A program made the position numbers and the translations under genes. Shown one piece after another: positions 60,131 through 64,000 of a stretch of DNA of 64,000 bases (the first letter of the stretch is position 1; every line of letters starts with the position of its first letter). The notes beneath the pieces are model-generated. The model saw nothing but the letters and a program-made list of their open reading frames with translations, did not search any database and was not told the origin of the DNA. The DNA is from Mustelus asterias (lineage: Eukaryota): the NCBI RefSeq assembly GCF_964213995.1, contig NC_135830.1:9734001-9798000 (forward strand), written 5' to 3'.

Positions 60131-62309
60131 GGTGGTCCACGGGAGGAGGCCAAGTGGCTGACGGCCAGGAAAGGTAAAGCTCGGGTGATTGAGAGCACCC
60201 CGGTGGATGTGCCCCTACACAACAAGTACTCCTGCCTGAGTACTGTTGGGGGGGACAGCCCACCTGGGGGAAGCAGCAGTGGCCGGGCCTCCGGAGTGGA
60301 GTCCGGCCTTGTAACTCAGAGGGCTAAGGAAAAGAGGGGAAGGCAGTATTAATCGGGGACTCGGCAGTCAGGGGGACGGACAGGCGATTTTGGGGAGGCA
60401 GGCGGGAGTCTCAGATGGTGGTCTGCCTCCCTGGGGCTGGGATTCAGGATGTCATTGGGCAAGTCCCAGAAATCCTGAGGGGGGAGGGAGAGGAGCCGGA
60501 GGTAGCGGTACATATTGGTACCGCTGATGTGGGTAGGAAGGGGGAAGGGGTCATGAAAAGAGAGTATAGGGAATTAGGGAGACAGCTGAGGAGGAGGAAA
60601 GCAAAAGTAGTAATCTCAGGATTGCTGCCTGTGCCATGGGAAGGCGAGGACAGGAATGGAGTGAGGTGGAGGATGAATGTGTGGCTGAGGGGCTGGTGCA
60701 GGGGGCAGGGAGTCAGGTTCCTGGACCATTGGGACCTCTTCAGGGGCAGGTGTGACCTGTACACAAAAAACGGGTGGCACTTGAATCCCAGGGGGACCAA
60801 TATCCTGGCAGGAAGGTTGGCTAAGGCTACTGGGGAGAGTTTAAACTAGATAGGTTGGGGGAGGGGATCAGAGTGAGGAAGTTAGCTCGCAAACAGAGAA
60901 GGGTTATAGGCAGTGCAAGAGGGCGGATGGACGGGGGATAGAGAAGGGGAGAGCTCAGACCAAAGGATTGAGATGTGTTTACTTTAATGCCAGGAGTATA
61001 GTGAATAAAGGGGATGAGCTCAGAGCGTGGATCGATGCCTGGAAGTATGATGTGGTGGCCATTACGGAGACTTGGATGTCTCAGGGACAGGACTGGATAC
61101 TCCAGGTGCCGGGATTCAGATGTTTCAGGAAGGACAGGGAGGGAGGCAAGAGAGGGGGTGGAGTGGCACTGCTGATCAGGGATAGTGTCACAGCTGTAGA
61201 GAAGGTGTATGCTGTGGAGGGATTGTCCACCGAGTCTCTGTGGGTGGAGGTACAGAGTGCAAAGGGGCCGGTCACTTTGCTGCGAGTTTTCTATAGGCCG
61301 CCCAATAGTAACAGGGAGGTGGAGGAGCAGATAGGGAAACAGATCCTGGAGAGATGCAGTAATAGCAGAGCTGTTGTGATGGGAGACTTTAATTTCCCAA
61401 ACATAGATTGGAATATCCCGAGGGTAAGGGGATTGGATGGGGAAGAGTTCGTTAGGTGTGTTCAGGAGGGTTTCCTGACACAGGATGTGGACAAGCCTAC
61501 AAGAGGAGAGGCTGTACTTGATCTGATACTGACCAATGAACCTGGACAGGTGTCAGATCTCAGTGGGAGAGCATCTTGGGGATAGCGATCATAACTCTAT
61601 CTCCTTTAGGCTTGCATTGGAAAAAGAGAGGATCAGGCAAGCTAGGAAAGTGTTTATATGGAGTAAGGGGAAATATGAAGACATTAGACAGCAAATTAGA
61701 GGAGTAAATTGGAAGGAGGTATTCTCAGGGAAATGTACTGAAGAGAGGTGGCAGTTTTTCAAGGAATGTCTGTCTAGAGTTCGACAGAACAACGTTCCGA
61801 GCAGACAGGGAGGTGTTGGTCGGTTAAAGGAACTGTGGTGCACGAAAGCTGTGCGGGACCTAGTCGAGAAGAAAAGGAAAGCGTACAAAAGACTCAGAGC
61901 TTGGCGAAGATAGGGATTTAGAAGAGTTTACGACTTGTAGGAAGGGACTAAAGAAGGAAATTAGGAGAGCCAGAAGGGGTCACGAGAAGGCCCTGGCAGG
62001 TAGGATTAAGGAGAACCCCAAGGTGTTCTATAAATATGTGAAGAGTAAAAGGATGAGACGTGACGGAATAGGGCCTATAAAAGGTGAAGGCGGGAAAATC
62101 TGTACGGAACCAGTAGAAATGGCAGAGGTGCTCAATGAGTATTTTGCCTCGGTTTTCACAGAGGAGAAGGACCTGGGTGGATGTACTGCGGGCTTGTGGT
62201 GGACTGAAAAGATTGAGTAGGTGGACTTTAAGAGGTTGTGCTGGAATCTTTGAATGGCATCAAGATAGATAAGTCACCGGGTCCGGATGGGATGGACCCC
62301 AGGTTACTC
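60131..62309 (+). mobile_element. CR1 LINE (ORF1 esterase, APE, linker), interrupted by a second CR1
   Basis: VVCLPGA..VHIGTAD..FLDHW..HLN esterase; YFNARSI, ITETW, MGDFN APE; ends at KSPGPDGMDPRLL. Confidence 0.9.
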
Positions 62310-64000
62310 GGTCTGGGGAGGTTTGTTGCTGGCTTTAAAAAGGGATTGCCTTGGAGGTTTCAGCCTCACTATTCCACAGAGAGAGCTGAGGGTAAGAGAG
62401 AGTGTTTTTTAGTGGAGATTTATTTATTTATTTTTCAGTTAATTTTGTGCGTAAAATCGGAGGTTTTTTTTTTCAAAACCGGAAGTAGGCCTGGGGAGGT
62501 TTGTTGCTGGCTTTAAAAGGCAGGCAGCACTTACGAGCGGGCAGTGGAGCGAGTGAAGCAGAGTGGGAGCTGTCAGGGCTTTGGCTCACAGGGCTTGTGG
62601 GAAGCAGAGTGAGAGCTGTCAGGGCTTTGGCTCAGAGGGCTTAGGCGGTAAGGGCGAGGCAGGGCAAGTTATTTTTATCCAAACCTATATAGGAAAAGGG
62701 TAACTATGAACGATAGGCCAGTTTGGTGCTTCCGGTGTGGGATGTGGGAGTTCCTGGAAACACCGAGCCTCCCGGGAGGACCACATTTGCACCAGGTGCG
62801 TGGAACTGCAGCTCCTGAGGGACCGCGTCACGGAACTGGAGCTGCAGATTGCTGACCTTGGTCTAGTCAGGGAGAATGAGAATAATGGACAAGAGTTATA
62901 GGGAACTAGTTACACCGGGGCATCGGGAGGAAGACACGTGGGCCACAGTTAGGAGGAGTAAAGGTCAGAAGGGTAACGTACCAGAGAGTACTCCAGTGGC
63001 TGTCTCTCATAATAGGAAGGGCTCGGCGACAGGTGTGAGAGGGGAGGGGAGTGAGCAATTAGAGGAGGGGTCACCTGTGGTTGTCCCACTCCAAAACAAG
63101 TATATTGTTTTGGATAGTGTGGAGGAGGATGACTCTCCAGGGGTAAGCCACAGTGACCAGGTCACTGGCACAGAGTCAGGCTCTGTGGCCCAGAAAGGAA
63201 AGAGAGGGGTTAGGAGAGCAATAGTGGTGGGGGATGCGTCGGTTAGAGGCACGGACAGGCGATTCTGTGGGGGCGAACGGGACTCCAGGATGGTAGTCTG
63301 CCTACCTAGTGCTGGGGTAATGGATGTCTCCAAGCGGATAGGAGGCATATTAAAAGGGGAAGATAAAGAAACGGATGTCATTGCACACATTGGTGCAAAT
63401 GACGTAGATAGGAAGAGCAGGGGGATCCTACGAGAGCAATTCAGGGAGTTGGGAAATAGACTAAAAAGTAGGGCCTCCAGGGTGGCCATCTCCGGGCTGC
63501 TCCCAATGCCTCGTGCCAGTGAGGCTAAGAATAGGGAGTTAGTACAATTGAATGCTTGGCTAAAGGACTGGTCCAGGAGGGAGGGCTTCATCTTCCTAGA
63601 TCAATGGGAAGTTTTCAGGAAAGGATGGCACCTGTACAAGAAGGACGGGTCACAATTAAGTTGGAAGGGCATGAATATCCTGGCTGGGAGTTTTGCTAGT
63701 GCAGTTCGGGGGGGGTTTAAACTAGTATGGCAGGGGGGTGGGGATCAAAATATTAGGTCTACAAGTGTAGAGGCTGGGGACGAGCTTGGGGCTGGGACAA
63801 GGCTGGCAAAGAAGAAGAGCACTCTGGGGGAGGACGACCTCACTGGGCCTGGAGGTCTGGAGTGCTAATACTTCAATGCAAGGAGCGTGGCAGGTAAGAC
63901 AGACGAACTTAGGGCCTAAATGCTCATGAGGAATTTGGATGTGGTTGCAGTGACAGAGACTTGGTTGAAAGAGGGACAGGACTGGCAGCTGAATATTCCG
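62310..64000 (+). mobile_element. CR1 LINE 5' part (5' UTR, ORF1 from ATG ~62706, start of ORF2), running off the window
   Basis: MNDRPVWCFRCGMWE..HICTRC zinc finger, VVGDASVRGTD/HIGAND esterase, YFNARSV..VTETW APE start with stops. Confidence 0.9.

Overview
Eukaryotic vertebrate DNA, very likely an elasmobranch (shark), judged from HE1-like tRNA SINEs and HER1/CR1-type LINEs. The window is a cluster of tandem C2H2 zinc-finger genes with no visible KRAB/SCAN/BTB effector domain: five apparently intact, two disrupted and one fused remnant. Most appear to have a CpG-rich NRF1/YY1/CCAAT/GC-box promoter, a short non-coding first exon and one large finger exon. These are interleaved with CR1, L2, Rex1, Tx1-like and Penelope-like retroelements, SINEs and three minisatellites, one of ~4.2 kb. 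Much of the window is an old inverted duplication (~11.4-29.9 kb vs ~45.0-55.3 kb), so empty and filled insertion sites can be compared directly. The most notable observations are: (i) minimal hammerhead ribozymes with a compensatory stem change in Penelope-like repeats; (ii) a shared 'ghost-finger' leader with TGA stops at fixed positions before the ATG of the ZNF genes; (iii) homogenised finger scaffolds with hypervariable recognition helices; (iv) promoter modules that are near-identical between divergent genes or tandemly amplified (a 60-bp CCAAT+GC array, a triple YY1 repeat); (v) a two-CR1 chimera consistent with a template jump. All coordinates were read by eye; TE boundaries and copy counts are approximate.
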